DNA of 64,000 bases from Octopus vulgaris. Taxonomy: Eukaryota. Shown one piece after another: positions 40,229 through 53,903 of the stretch; positions within the stretch are counted from its first letter, which is position 1; each line of letters begins with the position of its first letter. The stretch covers positions 54,808,001 to 54,872,000 of the forward strand of contig OX597831.1 of NCBI GenBank assembly GCA_951406725.2, in the 5' to 3' direction. The notes under the pieces were generated by a model. It was not told where the DNA came from, did no database searches, and saw only the letters and a program-made list of their open reading frames with translations. Both the position numbers and the translations under genes were made by a program.

Positions 40229-40321
40229 TGCATACATGTATGCATGTATGTATGCACGTGAGCATGTATGTTTATATGAATGTATATGTATATGAATGTG
40301 TATGTGTATATGAATGTATGC

Positions 40322-40408
<87 letters not shown>

Positions 40409-40480
40409 TGTATGTATGTATGTATGTATGTATGTATGTGTGTATGTTTGTATGAATGTATGCACGTATGTGTGTATGTA
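39688..40480. repeat. Compound (CT)n/(ATAC)n/(GATA)n/(TA)n/(ATGT)n microsatellites
   Basis: Read directly. Confidence 0.95.
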
Positions 40481-40483
40481 TAT

Positions 40484-41130
40484 GTCAGGTCATTTGTGAG
40501 TGCTACTGGTACCATGTAATCCAGTACAATCTGCGGTATGATCGGGTCGTTGGCAACTAAAGTGGAAACCACACAAAGCTTGCTTAGGGAGGACGGTGAT
40601 TGGACACCCTGCAGGACGAAAAATAAATCTATCAAGAGATGGATGAAGTCGATAAAGACAAATCCATACAGTGCTGTGTACACAATTTTGTCCTGTTATT
40701 TTTCCATGGACAGCGGAGGCTCCTGCAGTAATTATCGACAAATTGGTGGCATTGATGCTGTAAAACACAGAGGCTGCACTAAGGATTAGCGCGTTTTCAA
40801 CAATGGTCAGGTACAACAAGTCCAGTCAGGAGAGATCCCTGAGAATAAGAATATAGGCATGGTATATCATATTAGTGAGAGTGAGTGGGCCCTAATTCTT
40901 ACAGGGACATCGTTGTAAGAGAAGGGAAATTGTGATTTGAAACCTGTGACTCGATGGCAGCCAATGGGGTTGGATTACTTCTTAGTTTTATGGTATCTGT
41001 TATCGTTGTTCAGAGAGTGGGATTGAGAGTGTGAAAGGACTCTCTTCACTTTAAAAAGCATCATGCACAGACATCATTTGACATAACAGCATCGTCATCC
41101 TATACTCGAGAACGAGGAAGCGGCTATCAT
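40484..41130 (+). mobile_element. Non-autonomous element flanked by (ATGT)n; relative of 54545-55100, partial copy at 38715-38840
   Basis: Shared 5' end 'gtcaggtca...gtgctactggtaNcatgtaaNccagtacaa' and shared 3' end 'cactttaaaaa...atactcga.aacgagg..gc.gc.a.catgtatg'. Confidence 0.65.
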
Positions 41131-41608
41131 GTATGTATGTATGTATGTATGTATGTATGTATGTATGTATGTATGTATGTATGTATGTATGTATGCATGC
41201 ATGCATGTATGTATGTATGTGTGTGTATGTGTATGTATGTATGCATGCATGTATGTATGTATGTGTGTGTATATGTATGTATGTATGTGTGTATGTATGT
41301 ATGTATGTATGTATGCATGCATGCATGTATGTATGTATGTATGAATGTATGTATGTATGTGTGTGTATGTATGTGTGTATGTATGTATGTACGTATGTAT
41401 GCATGCATGCATGTATGTATGTATGAATGTATGTATGTATGTGTGTGTATGTATGTATGTGTGTATGTATGTATGTATGAATGTATGTATGTATGTATGT
41501 ATGTGTGTGTATGTATGTATGTGTGTGTGTATATATGTATGTATGTATGTATGTACGTATGTATGTATGCATGTATGTATGTATGTATGTATGTACATGC
41601 ATGCATGT
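41129..41608. repeat. (ATGT)n compound microsatellite
   Basis: Read directly. Confidence 0.95.
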
Positions 41609-43234
41609 ACGGGCCCTCAGAGATTCCGAGTTGGTGTCCGGTGTGCTGGAAGACCACTGAGAGTGAGGTTCCCCTCAACTTTTGCTAAAGTATGTATCTA
41701 GGAGAAGGTCACTCTGCTATAAAACCAGATATTCAGGGAATGGCATGGAACATTTTGGGGTTCATTTACTTGAGCCTGAGATCGTGGCGCTCTCACATTC
41801 CTGAGCCTGCAACACTTATTTGTGCTTGATATCTTGCCTTGGCTTGTCTCTGGATCATGTCAACAGGGTGGAGAGGGTCTGCGAAATATTGTGTAAGCCT
41901 TACTGGACCTACAATTTTAGGTTGCGCAATCGCAGGCGAGGCGACTTCCCGATGCTCGGTCGAGTAAGAGGGCGCCGCGAATGAAATAAACTCATGGACG
42001 GGCATTGCTGGCACTTTGCATGGGTAACTGTCAGTAAGGACTTCTTCGTCACGAGTGGACATTCATCATGTATGAATGTATGCATGTATATATGTATGTT
42101 CTCTTTCTCTTTTTAATATAGAGTAAATTTTAACCAGTCACCTACTTGGCAGCAGGGTTATGAAGGAAAGCATCTTTTCCTGTTCATCATCCTTTAAGAC
42201 ATAAGAGGGTCTTGCAGATTTTTATAGTCCCAGATACTGTAATCATTTGCAATGTATGACTTAAGGATTTATGTTCTCTCCCCAAGAACCCAAGTTCAGC
42301 TTTACTTTGCTCCAAATGAATTAGTGTTGGGTCATCCCATAAATAATGGGTCTTTTTACTACTTCTATCACAGTGATTTATCTAGTTTATATGGTGATTA
42401 TTCTCCCTAGTAGACTTCGTAATCAACGTCGGTTGGACACCAATTTATGAGGTGTTCGAACTTGGAAAAGATAATAGATATAGATGTTTATTGAGTAGGA
42501 ATATATGATGATAAACCCGTCACTTAAAACTTAATTATAAGTATCATTACTGTACATAAATCTTAACTCAGGCTGCGTAAACGCTGTGATGAATTATACA
42601 CACCAAGACGCTGAACGTATATGTATGTTGAAGATAAATACGCTCTTTTTTCACCGCTATAATAACAGTTTCATAGCTGCAGAAATAGATTTCATTAAGA
42701 GGTTGAAGAAAATGAAGAAAGAGAAATTATTTACTGTCATTTAATATTTACATTACATTTATAAGTCGAAAGAAAACTGTCGTAGAGAATTACGACATAA
42801 AACTTATATTAACTAATTCTTCCATACTAAGTTACTAGAGTTTTACACAACAATTCAAAAATAGTCTTGCATATCCATGCATAGCCTTTTCCTTTTTTTT
42901 TTGTTGTATACTTTCCTTCCAGGTCTTCTCTAAGGTAAGAGAGCTCAGCTGTTTTGGTGCTGTATAGGATATCATCAGAAAGAGAGTGCTTCCTGAGGAG
43001 CTTACTGCCAACTCGTACAATGTTGCTCACTTCATTTTTCAGCACTGCATTCATATATTTATTTTTGCTGCTGTTGTTCATGTATGGTTGTAGGTAGGTA
43101 GGTAGTTAGGTAGGTAGGTAGAGAGGGAGGTATTTTTTGGGAAGCTTTATGAAAATAGACAAAAGACGAAGGCAGGTGGGAAACAAACAAACAATTGTAT
43201 TAGTATGGCGCTCAGGAAATATAAATAAAACAAG

Positions 43235-43272
43235 TCTTTAACGTTTCGAGCCTACGCTCTTCAACAGAAAGA
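43235..43272 (-). ncRNA. Minimal hammerhead-like motif, A6U core
   Basis: tcttt-CTGTTGA-a gagc gtag gctc-GAAA-cg-TT-aaaga. Confidence 0.65.
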
Positions 43273-43554
43273 TACACAGAGAGAAAAAAAACACAGAAAG
43301 AAGTAGAGAAAAAAATGCGTGCAGTAACTAACGAATCAACATGGCGGTAGGTAGGTGTGTATGTGCATATGTAAATGTATGTATATATGTACGTATGTAT
43401 ATATGTACGTACGTACATATGAGTAAATGTGTGCATGTATGTACGAACGTATGTATGCATGTATGTATGTATTATGTACGTACGTACCTGTGTATGTAAG
43501 TATGTATGTATGTCTGTGTGTATGTATGTACGTGTGTATGTATGTATGTATGTA

Positions 43555-43586
<32 letters not shown>

Positions 43587-45746
43587 CGTGTGTATGTATG
43601 TATGTATGTAAGTGTGTATGTATGTATATATATATGTATGTATGTATGTATGTACGTACGTATGTATGTATGTATGTATGTATGTATGTATGTATGTATG
43701 TATGTATGTATGTATGTATGTATGCACCTCGGCCAGTATTTCTTAGCGTGAGTTTTCATTTGCTCGATCAACTGAAGTTTCATGTCATTGAATGAGGGTG
43801 TAAGTAGCTGAGTATTCCACAGACATGTGTACCCTTAACGTAATTCCCAGCCGTAAATCAATGTGATACAGTATGCGTGTGTGTAAGAGGGAGAGAGAAG
43901 ACTGGACCATTGAATTAAAGGGACAATCCATCCGGCGGGCATCCAAAAAGTTTCCGTTTCCTCATTTTCAACCCAAAAGAAAGGGGCAAAATTTGGTGAA
44001 TGGAAATCATTTTCATAATAAAGATAAATTACACTTGCCCAAGATGCCACGCTGTGTTCGAAATAAACACACACACACACGCACGCACACGCACACACAC
44101 ACACATACACACACACACACACACACATACACACACACATACACACACACACACACACCCACACGAGATGAACGTACCAGTTTATGCTCGTGATCAATCG
44201 ATCCCTGATGTAAACAGATATACCTGTAGTTGGCATTTAAACTGATCATATTTCTTCCTCAAAATCTCTTTTGTTCTGGTTGCTTAGCCCCTAACCATCC
44301 CGTATTCGTTTTAGCCAAATAGGACAACATTATCATATGTCTTCTTCCCCTTATGTAAGACATTAGTGTGTAATTTGAGGGTAATTTGACTGCTATTTTT
44401 AACATCAACGTAGACGTTTATAAACTGATGTTGCAAATTGCATTAGTTATGTTTCTTTACGTTTGGTTACCAAATTTATACCGAAATCAATTTTTCATTG
44501 GTTGATAAAATAATAATCAGTGACCGTCTCAGTTTTACGGATTAAACACTCCACTCCGATTATCACTGACCTTGGGCCGATGTGATTCCTTTTTATTGCT
44601 TTTTTTTTACATAGACAGGTAGGAAGGCAAACAAGTTACCTTTGTATTGTACCAAGAAAGCCTTGTCAATTTTCTACCTGACTACCAAATGTCAAAAATA
44701 TTTGACTTGGCCGGCTGAAAACAACACATTTCTCCAAACTCTTTGATCGTTTTCTTTCTTGTATTTGAAAAGGGAAATGTTTCCCAAAATATCATAAGAT
44801 CCTTGACAAAGAACCTACGTAAAATAATACAATATCTTTTCTCATTGTTTTCTTAATTATTCGCCTGCATTTATTGCTCAATGGTTTTTAGCAAACATTT
44901 ATCATACTGTATTTTATCTTTTACTGTCATGCTGTCGAACAAAATCAATCACAATACTTAATTTTTAAAGTCTGGTAATTATGCTGACAGTCTTTTTGCT
45001 GAACTGCTAAGTTATAGGTCATAAAAAACCCAGCACTGATTGCCAAGAAGTGGTGCAGGACAAACACAAACAGTCAGTTCGGAACTTTGTAGAAGACACT
45101 AGTTTAAGGAACTGAAGTGAGGCGGAGCCTAAAGCCAAATGCTTACAGAGCGAGCTTCATAACCACACAGTCATGTCTGCGCCAAGCACGGGGGTTTGAA
45201 TTTGGCAGTGGCGGTGAAAGTGGTGAAACAGTCAATTATATTGACTCAAGTACTTGACTGGTACTTCATTTTATCGACCTCGGTAAAATGAATCTCAGCG
45301 AAAATTAAACTCAGATCACGGAGAGGGAACAAGAGAAAAAGAATGGGTACTAGAATAATATCATATCTGTTACTTTTCCCAGCACACCATTATACACCTC
45401 TTCTGTATAGACTTATATAACTGTACATCTGGATACCATCACATATGTAAGAGCGTTTAACTAGCAGAAAAGGTACAGGGTCGAGCAAAATGCTTTGAAG
45501 TTTTTATGCTTACATTTTCTTTTCGAATCCCATCGAAGGAGACATTTTTTTTAAAAATCGTCTGCGATCGATAAAACAAATACCAGCATTGTCCTGTTAG
45601 AGTTTATTTGATTGAAAATTTCCTTCTCTGAAATTTGTGATTTTGTCGGTTTTATTAAAAATCTATGTTTTGTGAACAAATAGGTTTGTTGACAACAGGC
45701 TTCAAGCTGGCAAAGCACTGATGCGTTGTGTTTCTAATGGCGGTTT

Positions 45747-45797
<51 letters not shown>

Positions 45798-45826
45798 CTC
45801 TCTCTCCCTCTCTCTCTCCTCTCTTT

Positions 45827-45890
<64 letters not shown>

Positions 45891-45979
45891 GTTAATCCAA
45901 ACACAAAAAACACAACAACGCGAGGACGTGGAACAAATATAGTATTATTGGACGCTCAGGAAAGAAGGGAAGAAGGAGG

Positions 45980-46014
45980 GTTTAACGTTTCGAGCGGAGC
46001 TCTTCGTCGGAAAC
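45980..46014 (-). ncRNA. Minimal hammerhead-like motif, U4C core
   Basis: gttt-CCGACGA-a gagc tcc gctc-GAAA-cg-TT-aaac, within a ~195-bp element next to (TA)n. Confidence 0.65.
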
Positions 46015-46087
46015 ATAGGAGAAGGAAAGATCCAGAGAAGGGAAGACAGAGGGAAAAAAATCGCCAACGGTACACACGAGGTCACAT

Positions 46088-46380
46088 ATACAGCAAATAA
46101 GAAAGTGGAGAGGATACAAAATCGACAGACATCAGACGGTAAACATTTTAGTATGTCTATTTATTCCAATGTATTAGATAAATACATATACATGTATTAG
46201 TAGTACAGAAATGAGCAAATTGAGCAGGACAATCTGCTCATTCGCTCATTTCTGTACTACTGTACTACTAATATATGTGTATGTATTCATCTAATACATT
46301 GGAATAAATAGACATGCTAAAATGTTTACCGTCTGATGTCTCTCGATTTTGTATCCTCTCCACTTTCTTATTTGCCGTAT
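46088..46380. repeat. Fold-back inverted repeat, ~140-bp arms
   Basis: 'gcaaataagaaagtggagaggatacaaaatcga...gagcag' and 'ctgctc...tcgattttgtatcctctccactttcttatttgc'. Confidence 0.85.
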
Positions 46381-46564
46381 AAATCAAGGGTAGACCACTT
46401 TTTACCCCGCCCATATATAACACGCAATTGCGAGCTTGCCACGCAATAACTAGCACTTGGGTAAGAATAATTGGGTACACTACCAGCAGTATATTGGATA
46501 GGTACTATCCCTTAGTTGGTTTCTCAACCTCTAACTATATATATACATATATATATATATATAT

Positions 46565-46795
46565 TCTTTACTACCTACAAGGGGCTAAACATAGAGGGTA
46601 CAAACAAGGACAGACAAAGGGATTAAGTCGATTACTGGTACTTTATTCATGCGAAACTGGTACTTTATTCATCGACCCCGAAGGGATGAAAGGCAAAGTC
46701 GACCTCGGCGGAATTTGAACTCAGAACGTAACGGCAGACGAAATATCGCTAAGCGTTTCGCCCGGCGCGCTAACGTTTCTGCCAGCTCGCCGCCG
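46565..46795 (-). mobile_element. Deu/Nin SINE
   Basis: Family A. Confidence 0.88.
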
Positions 46796-47637
46796 TGCAT
46801 GCATGCGTGCGTGCGTGCGTGTGTGTGTGTGTGCGTGCGTGCGTGTGTGTGTGTGTGTGTGTGCGTGTCTTTGTGTATGGCACTACATTGCTTGACAGCG
46901 GTTTCTGGTTTGTTTACGAACCTGTAATAAGCAGTGCGACAAAAGAGATCGATAGAATAAGAAACAGATTTAGAAAGAAAAAAGTACTTGTGTTGATTTA
47001 ATCGACTAAAACCTTTAAGGCGATACCCCAGCATAGCCACCGTTCAATGTCTGGAACAAACAAAAGAATATATATATATATATATATATAAAGCTCCAGG
47101 TGTGGCTGTTTGGTAAGAAACCTGCTTCCCAACCACATGTTTTCCGGTTCAGTCCCACATATATTTATACATATGTATGGCAAAGGAAAGACGGAAGATG
47201 AAATATACGAAAATTTATTATTAATCACAATTGTTTTGGCACAACTAGCATCGATCTCTCACGGTGGGACACGCAACAGCTGGTTCAGGAGCATCCGGTG
47301 GTGCAGACGTATCCCAAGTAACGGTTCCGCAATGTAACTTGTCGATTTGTAGAAAGAAAAGCAGTCAGAGGGAGGAAATATCTTCATTTACGCAGAAGAT
47401 CAAAAGTAAAATTAGGAGGAAAAGAGAAACGAACGCGATACAATAAAATTACTAAACCATAGCTGATAACAAATATGGATGTATAAACGCCCATAACGCT
47501 TGGTGCGGGTGCACTCGCACCATGCAAGCTGCGTGGTGCGAGTGCACTCGCTCATACAAACATCCGCGAAAATGTGAGCAGTTACACATTGGTGCACTCA
47601 AGATCACAAAGCGATATATATATATACACACACACAT

Positions 47638-47762
<125 letters not shown>

Positions 47763-49015
47763 CAGGGTGTCCCGAAATTAAAGCAACCGAAGTTTCAGGC
47801 CTTAATGACTATCAATAAATGAGATAAGATATAAAAATCATACTTCATTATAAAAGTTTAATATGTCTTCTTTTTGTTCCAGACTAAATAAACTCAGACT
47901 TATGAATTAGATAATGACTATAGACCAAAATATTATCACAAAAGATGCAAAAGTAATACAACTATAGCAAAACAGCTTACAGTTAACCGAACAACAGTCT
48001 GGAAACTTATCACGAAATTTCAAAAGACCGGTTCCGCCGCTGATTGACCTGGACGTGGCCGAAAAAGAAGTGTGCAGGCACCTGAGGTTATTAAAAGTAC
48101 CAGAGAAAAGATACAATAAAATCTTCGTCGCACCGTCAGAAAACTGGCTGCCACAGCAAAAATAAGGGGAAAATCGAGGTATCGAATGCTGAAGGAGGAC
48201 CTCAAGACTCACCTCTACAAGATGATCTGTCGTCATGAGCTCACGCAGGTTTATAAGGCCACGAGACTGGAGAGACGTCGTCTTATCCTGCGTCAAATTG
48301 TTGAAGGTACGCTGCCCAACCTGGTGTTCACTGATGAAAATATATTTAATATCGAACAGACAGTAAATCACCAGAAAAACTGACTTTGGAGTGTATCTGG
48401 CTCCGTCGAGGGTAGATTCGTAAATCGACATCAAAATCCACAGTCAGTAATGGTTTGGGCGGTTATGACAGCCACTGGAAGTTCTTCCCTCGTTTTCTGT
48501 TAAAATTAACACTCAGCCATACATTAGTGACATTCTGGAAGCTTAACTGCTTCTATGGACGAATGAGCACTTTCAAGGCGCACCTTGGAGCCTCCATCAG
48601 GACTTGGCACCATCCCACAGCTCCAAACAGACACATTACCGGATTCGGAAAAACATTCCGTCGTTCATAGGCTAGGATGTATTGCCCTAAAGAAGCCCCG
48701 ATCTCAACTTGTTTGATTTTTCTGTTTGGTTCGTTTTGGAGACGAGCACTCTTTATGCTTTACTCGACGCTCTGAAGGCAAAATTGCTCCAAGAATGGGC
48801 GTCGATTCCACAAAAACAGTTGCGTACCACGTGTAAAGCATTTGCACGTAGACTTAAGGTTGTGATTTGAGACAGAGGTGAGCATATCGAATAAATGTGG
48901 TAGTGTCATAATTGTGTTTCCTTTACCATTGTATTGCAACGCCCGGACCCAAAATATAACATAATTTTGCTTCAGCAAAATTGAAAAAAACTTGGGTGCC
49001 TTAATTTTGGGACAC

Positions 49016-49019
<4 letters not shown>
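47763..49019 (+). mobile_element. Decayed Tc1/mariner transposon (maT/DD37D-like)
   Basis: TA then TIR 'cagggtgtcccgaaattaa' and 'ttaattttgggacaccctg'. FTDENIFNIEQ, SVMVWAV, QDLAPSH and SPDLN remnants. Confidence 0.85.
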
Positions 49020-49087
<68 letters not shown>

Positions 49088-49871
49088 TGTGTACGTGTGT
49101 GCGTATGTATGTGTGATTGTATGACTTTGTGTCAGCGTTTGTCCCCCACTAACGCTTGACAACTGATGTTTATATGTTAACGTCCCTGTAACTCAGAGGT
49201 TCGGTAAAAAATAAACACCGATAGAATAAGTACAAGGTTTAAGAACAGAAAAATAATAAGTCGTAGGATCGATTCGTTTGACTAAAATTATCCAAAGACT
49301 GAGACAAGGAAATGATAAAAGCTATATACGTAAGACAGGTTTCTGCGCAGCGCAGTTTTCGTCTACAAATTTCATTCACGCTATTTTGGTCAACATGACC
49401 AATCCACCTTGGCACAAGTCCAGCAATTTCGTGGGAACGGGCAGCACATTGCCAAGCGTGATAATGATTCTGCCAACTCACCGCCATCAAGTTACAAATA
49501 TTATTACGAATCAACACCTTTAACCTCGTAACCATGCATGTGTTGCTATTGTTTGGACTTCTAGGTTGCCGACAATGGATGTTTTGAATTAAATAAATTA
49601 TCTAATAAATAACAAATCGTATAAAACATTTCCCACGCATGTCAACACAATCAGCATGACGTGATACGTGCTATAGTAACGCAGTATTTGTATCCGCTAC
49701 ACCCAGTAACCAAGCAGATGATTAAAACCTAAAAAATAACATGACTGATGGAAAAAAACTTTTTGAAGGAGTGTCTCTTAAGGATACTAAATGCAAATGA
49801 GCGCGCGTATGTGTGTGTGCGCGCGCGTGCATGTATGCGTGCGTACCTGTGTGTGTATGTGTGTGTCTGCA

Positions 49872-49921
<50 letters not shown>

Positions 49922-49925
<4 letters not shown>

Positions 49926-50748
49926 GTTGGACAAAATAACAGAAACACCTTAAAATTTCAAACAAATTTATTTTAATATGGTGTAGGAGGGCTTTTGGCA
50001 GTAATTACAGCTTGAATTCTACAAGGTAAGGACTCGTACAAACTTTGAATTGTTTCCAAAGGAATTTTCGTCCATTCTTCAGCAAAAACAGTCTCCAGCT
50101 CTTGTAGTGATGATGGTAGAGGATACTGAATCCTTATTTGTTTTTCTAAAATGCACAATAAATTTTCAATAATATTGAGATGTGGGGACTGTGGTGGCCA
50201 GATAAGATGTTCAACTTCACTAGAATGTTCCTCGTGCAATTCAGTAGCAACTTTAGCTGTGTGGATTGGTACATTATCCTCGTGAAATATTGTGCTTCTC
50301 TCCGGAAACAGTTCCGCAACCATAGGAGGAATTTGATCAGATAAAATGCTTAAATGGTATTGACTATTAATTCTGCCATAGAGGGAAACCATTGGGCCAG
50401 CAAATTTCCAAGATATAGCACCCCAGATCATCACAGATCCTCCTCCATGGTTAACAGTTAGAAGAAGGCAGTCTTGGTCAAATGCTTCTTTTGGCTGTCT
50501 CCACGCGTATACTCGACCGGTGGTCGGAAATAAGGTAAAGGATGACTCGTCCGAGAAAATAACATTCTTCCACTGATCTAGGGACCAGTTCTGATATCTG
50601 AAAAGAAACAGCAATTTTATCAAAACATATTAAGCAACACTAATAATAAATCAAAAACCAAAATAAACAAGCTTTTGACGGTTTTATAGATATTTAAAAA
50701 TTCTGATGGTATGATGCTAGGTGCTTCCATTATTTTGTCCAACTTCTG
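49922..50748 (-). mobile_element. Internally deleted Tc1-like element, DD36E spacing
   Basis: TIRs 'gttggacaaaataa'. ORF 49973-50623 has FSDES..EDN..SPHLNIIE. Inverted homolog of 60613-61871. Confidence 0.9.
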
Positions 50749-50781
50749 TACATATATATATACATATATATACACATACAT

Positions 50782-50857
<76 letters not shown>

Positions 50858-50920
50858 ATGTATGTATATATATATGTATGTATATATGTATATATATATG
50901 TATATATATATATGTATATA

Positions 50921-50994
<74 letters not shown>

Positions 50995-52795
50995 TATAAA
51001 ACAAAATTGTTTTTTTCCACACGGGTAGAAATATAGGAAAAAGGAAAAACAGAAGTTTAAAATGCGCTAACAATAGTTAATACGTTTTCATTAAATTTAA
51101 AGATTTAACCGGTTTCAGAGTTTAACACTGATTTTCAAAAATTTGAAATAGAAAGACATGTCGCAGCTGTTTTGTTCCTGACTAGTGTTTGAAGCTTGCC
51201 CTATTTTTATAGGGAGTTCATGGCTCAAATTAGTATATGTTTTGAATAAGATTTGATTAGCAGACGATAGTCACATGACTGGTCTTAGAAATGTTTGTAG
51301 GTTCTCCACTACGTCCGTGTGTTAGTATCAAGTGACAATGTCGTAAGTAAGGATGACATGATTGTCTGAACAAGTCGAGTGGTAGTACTAAACAATCAAG
51401 GCTCTGAATATTTTTTGTCAATGTAGAGAATGAACACGTGATTAATTTTAGAACTTTCTGTATATTTCCTGCGACGTCCGTGCGTTAGTGTCAAGTGGCA
51501 GTATATTTAGCGCCTAAAATGAAGGCTGACGAGGTTGAATGTACATGTTTAGCTACAATCAAGGCATCCCAACTTTAATCTGTCTGGTGGGAGAGCAGAC
51601 AGGAGTCGTTTGTATGTAGTCCAGTGGCTAAAGTTTAGGTTGTTAGCTGTGTACGTTCCTTATGTTAAGTGGCAGAATGAGTTTTGTGTGTGAATAGTTA
51701 TTTGTTTTTATGTTTCTTTTAAAGTTTGTTAAGTCTGGGTGTGTACTTCTGCATGAAAGTATCCTCTTTGTTTATCCGTGCTTCATCTGTGGTATTCACT
51801 GAACATAGGGTAGAGTGGGAAGACCTGGAATTTGGGAGACTTATTTTTTGCACATATGCCCGTGTCCACTCATTTGAATCTGTCTAGTACTGGAGTCTCG
51901 TATTTGTTGTCGGTGAACCGTCAGTCTAATTCTTAGAGTAGGTTTTGTTTGACCTATGTAATATTCATTACATCCTTGACATTTGATAGCATATATTAAA
52001 TTCTTTGAAAAACATGTAAAGTGATTTTTTTACAGTAAAAATCTGTCCTTATTTTAATTTGTATGTTATGTCTTCAATAATATTGATGCAAGTCCCACAA
52101 TTGGGTTGACCACACTTTTTGATTGTTGGCATATGAGTTGCGGACTGTAATTTAGCGCTTGTGTGGAATTTTTTGAGAGATTTATTTTGTCTTTTTACTT
52201 TTGGTCATTTTGCGTATTTTGAATGCTTATTTCATTCTTGGGTCTTGTCTTAGTAGTGGTATGTTCTGGTGGATAATATTGTAAACCTGTGTATTTCTTG
52301 GGTTATGTGTTGTAACAAAAGGTAGATTATTGGGTGTATCTGGAGTATTTTTCGTTCTTGGATATTTATTACTTTGGCACCTTCTGTTCCGTTGTCTATT
52401 AACTTTAACGGATATTGTATTTTTAGTAGTATTTGTTTTAGTTTCTGGAATCTTTTATTGCAAGTTTCAGGATTCGAGACAATAGTGCAGATTTTTCTTG
52501 CTAGATTAAAGGGAATATTATTCTTCGTGTGTTTGAGATGGCATGAGAAGAATAGTAAGTATTGTTTAGAATCTGCTTGTTGTGAATGTCTGTTGTATTT
52601 GCTGCCAGTGAATGGTCAGTCTATTTCTTAGAGTAAGCTTTGTTTGACCTATGTAATCTTCATTACATCCTCGACATATTAAATTCCTTGAAGAACATGT
52701 GAAGTAATTTTTGACAGTAAAAATTTGTCCTGATTTGAACTTGTATGTTGTGTTTTCAATAAGATTGATGCAAGTCCTCCATTTGGGCGGCTACA
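50995..52795 (-). mobile_element. Neptune-like PLE 3' remnant (thumb, CxxxxCxxC linker, GIY-YIG, pLTR) ending in (TA)n
   Basis: DSKQYLLFFSCH..NNIPFNLARKICTIVS and KKCGQPNCGTC..NLIYAIKCQGCNEYYIGQT. 52625-52790 is a diverged duplicate of 51935-52110. Confidence 0.8.
51101..51144 (-). ncRNA. Minimal hammerhead, U3-A8 core variant, in the PLE pLTR
   Basis: attt-TTGAAAA-tc agt gttaa act ct-GAAA-ccgg-TT-aaat. Confidence 0.55.
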
Positions 52796-52824
52796 CTTTT
52801 TCTCTTTTAATTTCCTTTCGCACA

Positions 52825-52863
<39 letters not shown>

Positions 52864-53738
52864 TATTCTTCGTCTTCTCTTTCCTTTCTTGATACCCTCT
52901 TCCCACCTATCACGTGAAGCTTGACGACCTAAGGTGGTGTCATTCTTTTTGGCGTTGCCTTGGACCGAACCGGTCTTGCCTTGGACCGAACATGTCTTGC
53001 AGCCCTAAGGCTTTTCTTCTTGTATATGTATTATTTCTTTATTATTAACTGTTGTCTTCGTCTGATCCTAAACTTTTATTCTGTTTACTATTTTGTCCCT
53101 CGTCTGTCCACTAACGGTCTCGTTTTATGTCTTGGTCCCATTCCCCGCAAGTTTCTTGCTGGTGCCTCCAGAATGGAAGCAAATCGTATCGATAATGACT
53201 GAAATTGTGTTCGACCATCTGGCCGATAATTGATGAGGACCTTCTGTGTTTTCTGGTCGCCTGTGTATTTAGTATATGTTCGTTTCTCTATTTACTACAT
53301 GTCAAATTTTCTGTTATGCTGTTACTATTCAGTTAGCAGGTTACTTGTGAGATTTTTTCTGCCCTGGTAACTATTTATTTATTTTTTCCGTGCTCATTGT
53401 TAACAAGGGAAAAATACACTCATCTATTTATAATACTTTAATCAGGTTTATTAATAACCTGCTAACTGAATAGTAACAGCATATGCAGTTATTAAATATT
53501 AACGCATCTCTTAAGGATATTCCTATTCCACCAAAGACGAAAGTAAAAATATTTGATTTACCTGCGTTAAACTCCATTTATTTATTCATATATTATACAA
53601 AAAATTCCACATAAACACGAAGTTTCTACCTTTATAATCAAGGAGTTACAACCTCTCTACTTGTGAGATTTTTTGGTACCCTGGTAACTATTTATTTATT
53701 TTTTCCGTGTTAATTGTTAACAAGGTAAAAATACACTC

Positions 53739-53801
<63 letters not shown>

Positions 53802-53863
53802 GAAATGAAGAAAATGCTGACAAAATAATTTAAGTAATATAAGTAATTTAATTAGGTGAAAGT

Positions 53864-53903
53864 TCTTTTTACCGGTTGCGCATTTGTTATGCTTATCAAA
53901 AGA
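53864..53903 (-). ncRNA. Hammerhead-like motif, U3-A8 core, GCAA in place of GAAA
   Basis: tctt-TTGATAA-gcat aacaa atgc-GCAA-ccgg-TA-aaaaga, in a ~155-bp unit flanked by (TA)n. Confidence 0.5.

Noticed and set aside
48328-48345. CTGATGAAAA motif
   Set aside because: It encodes the FTDE catalytic motif of the transposase and has no stems.
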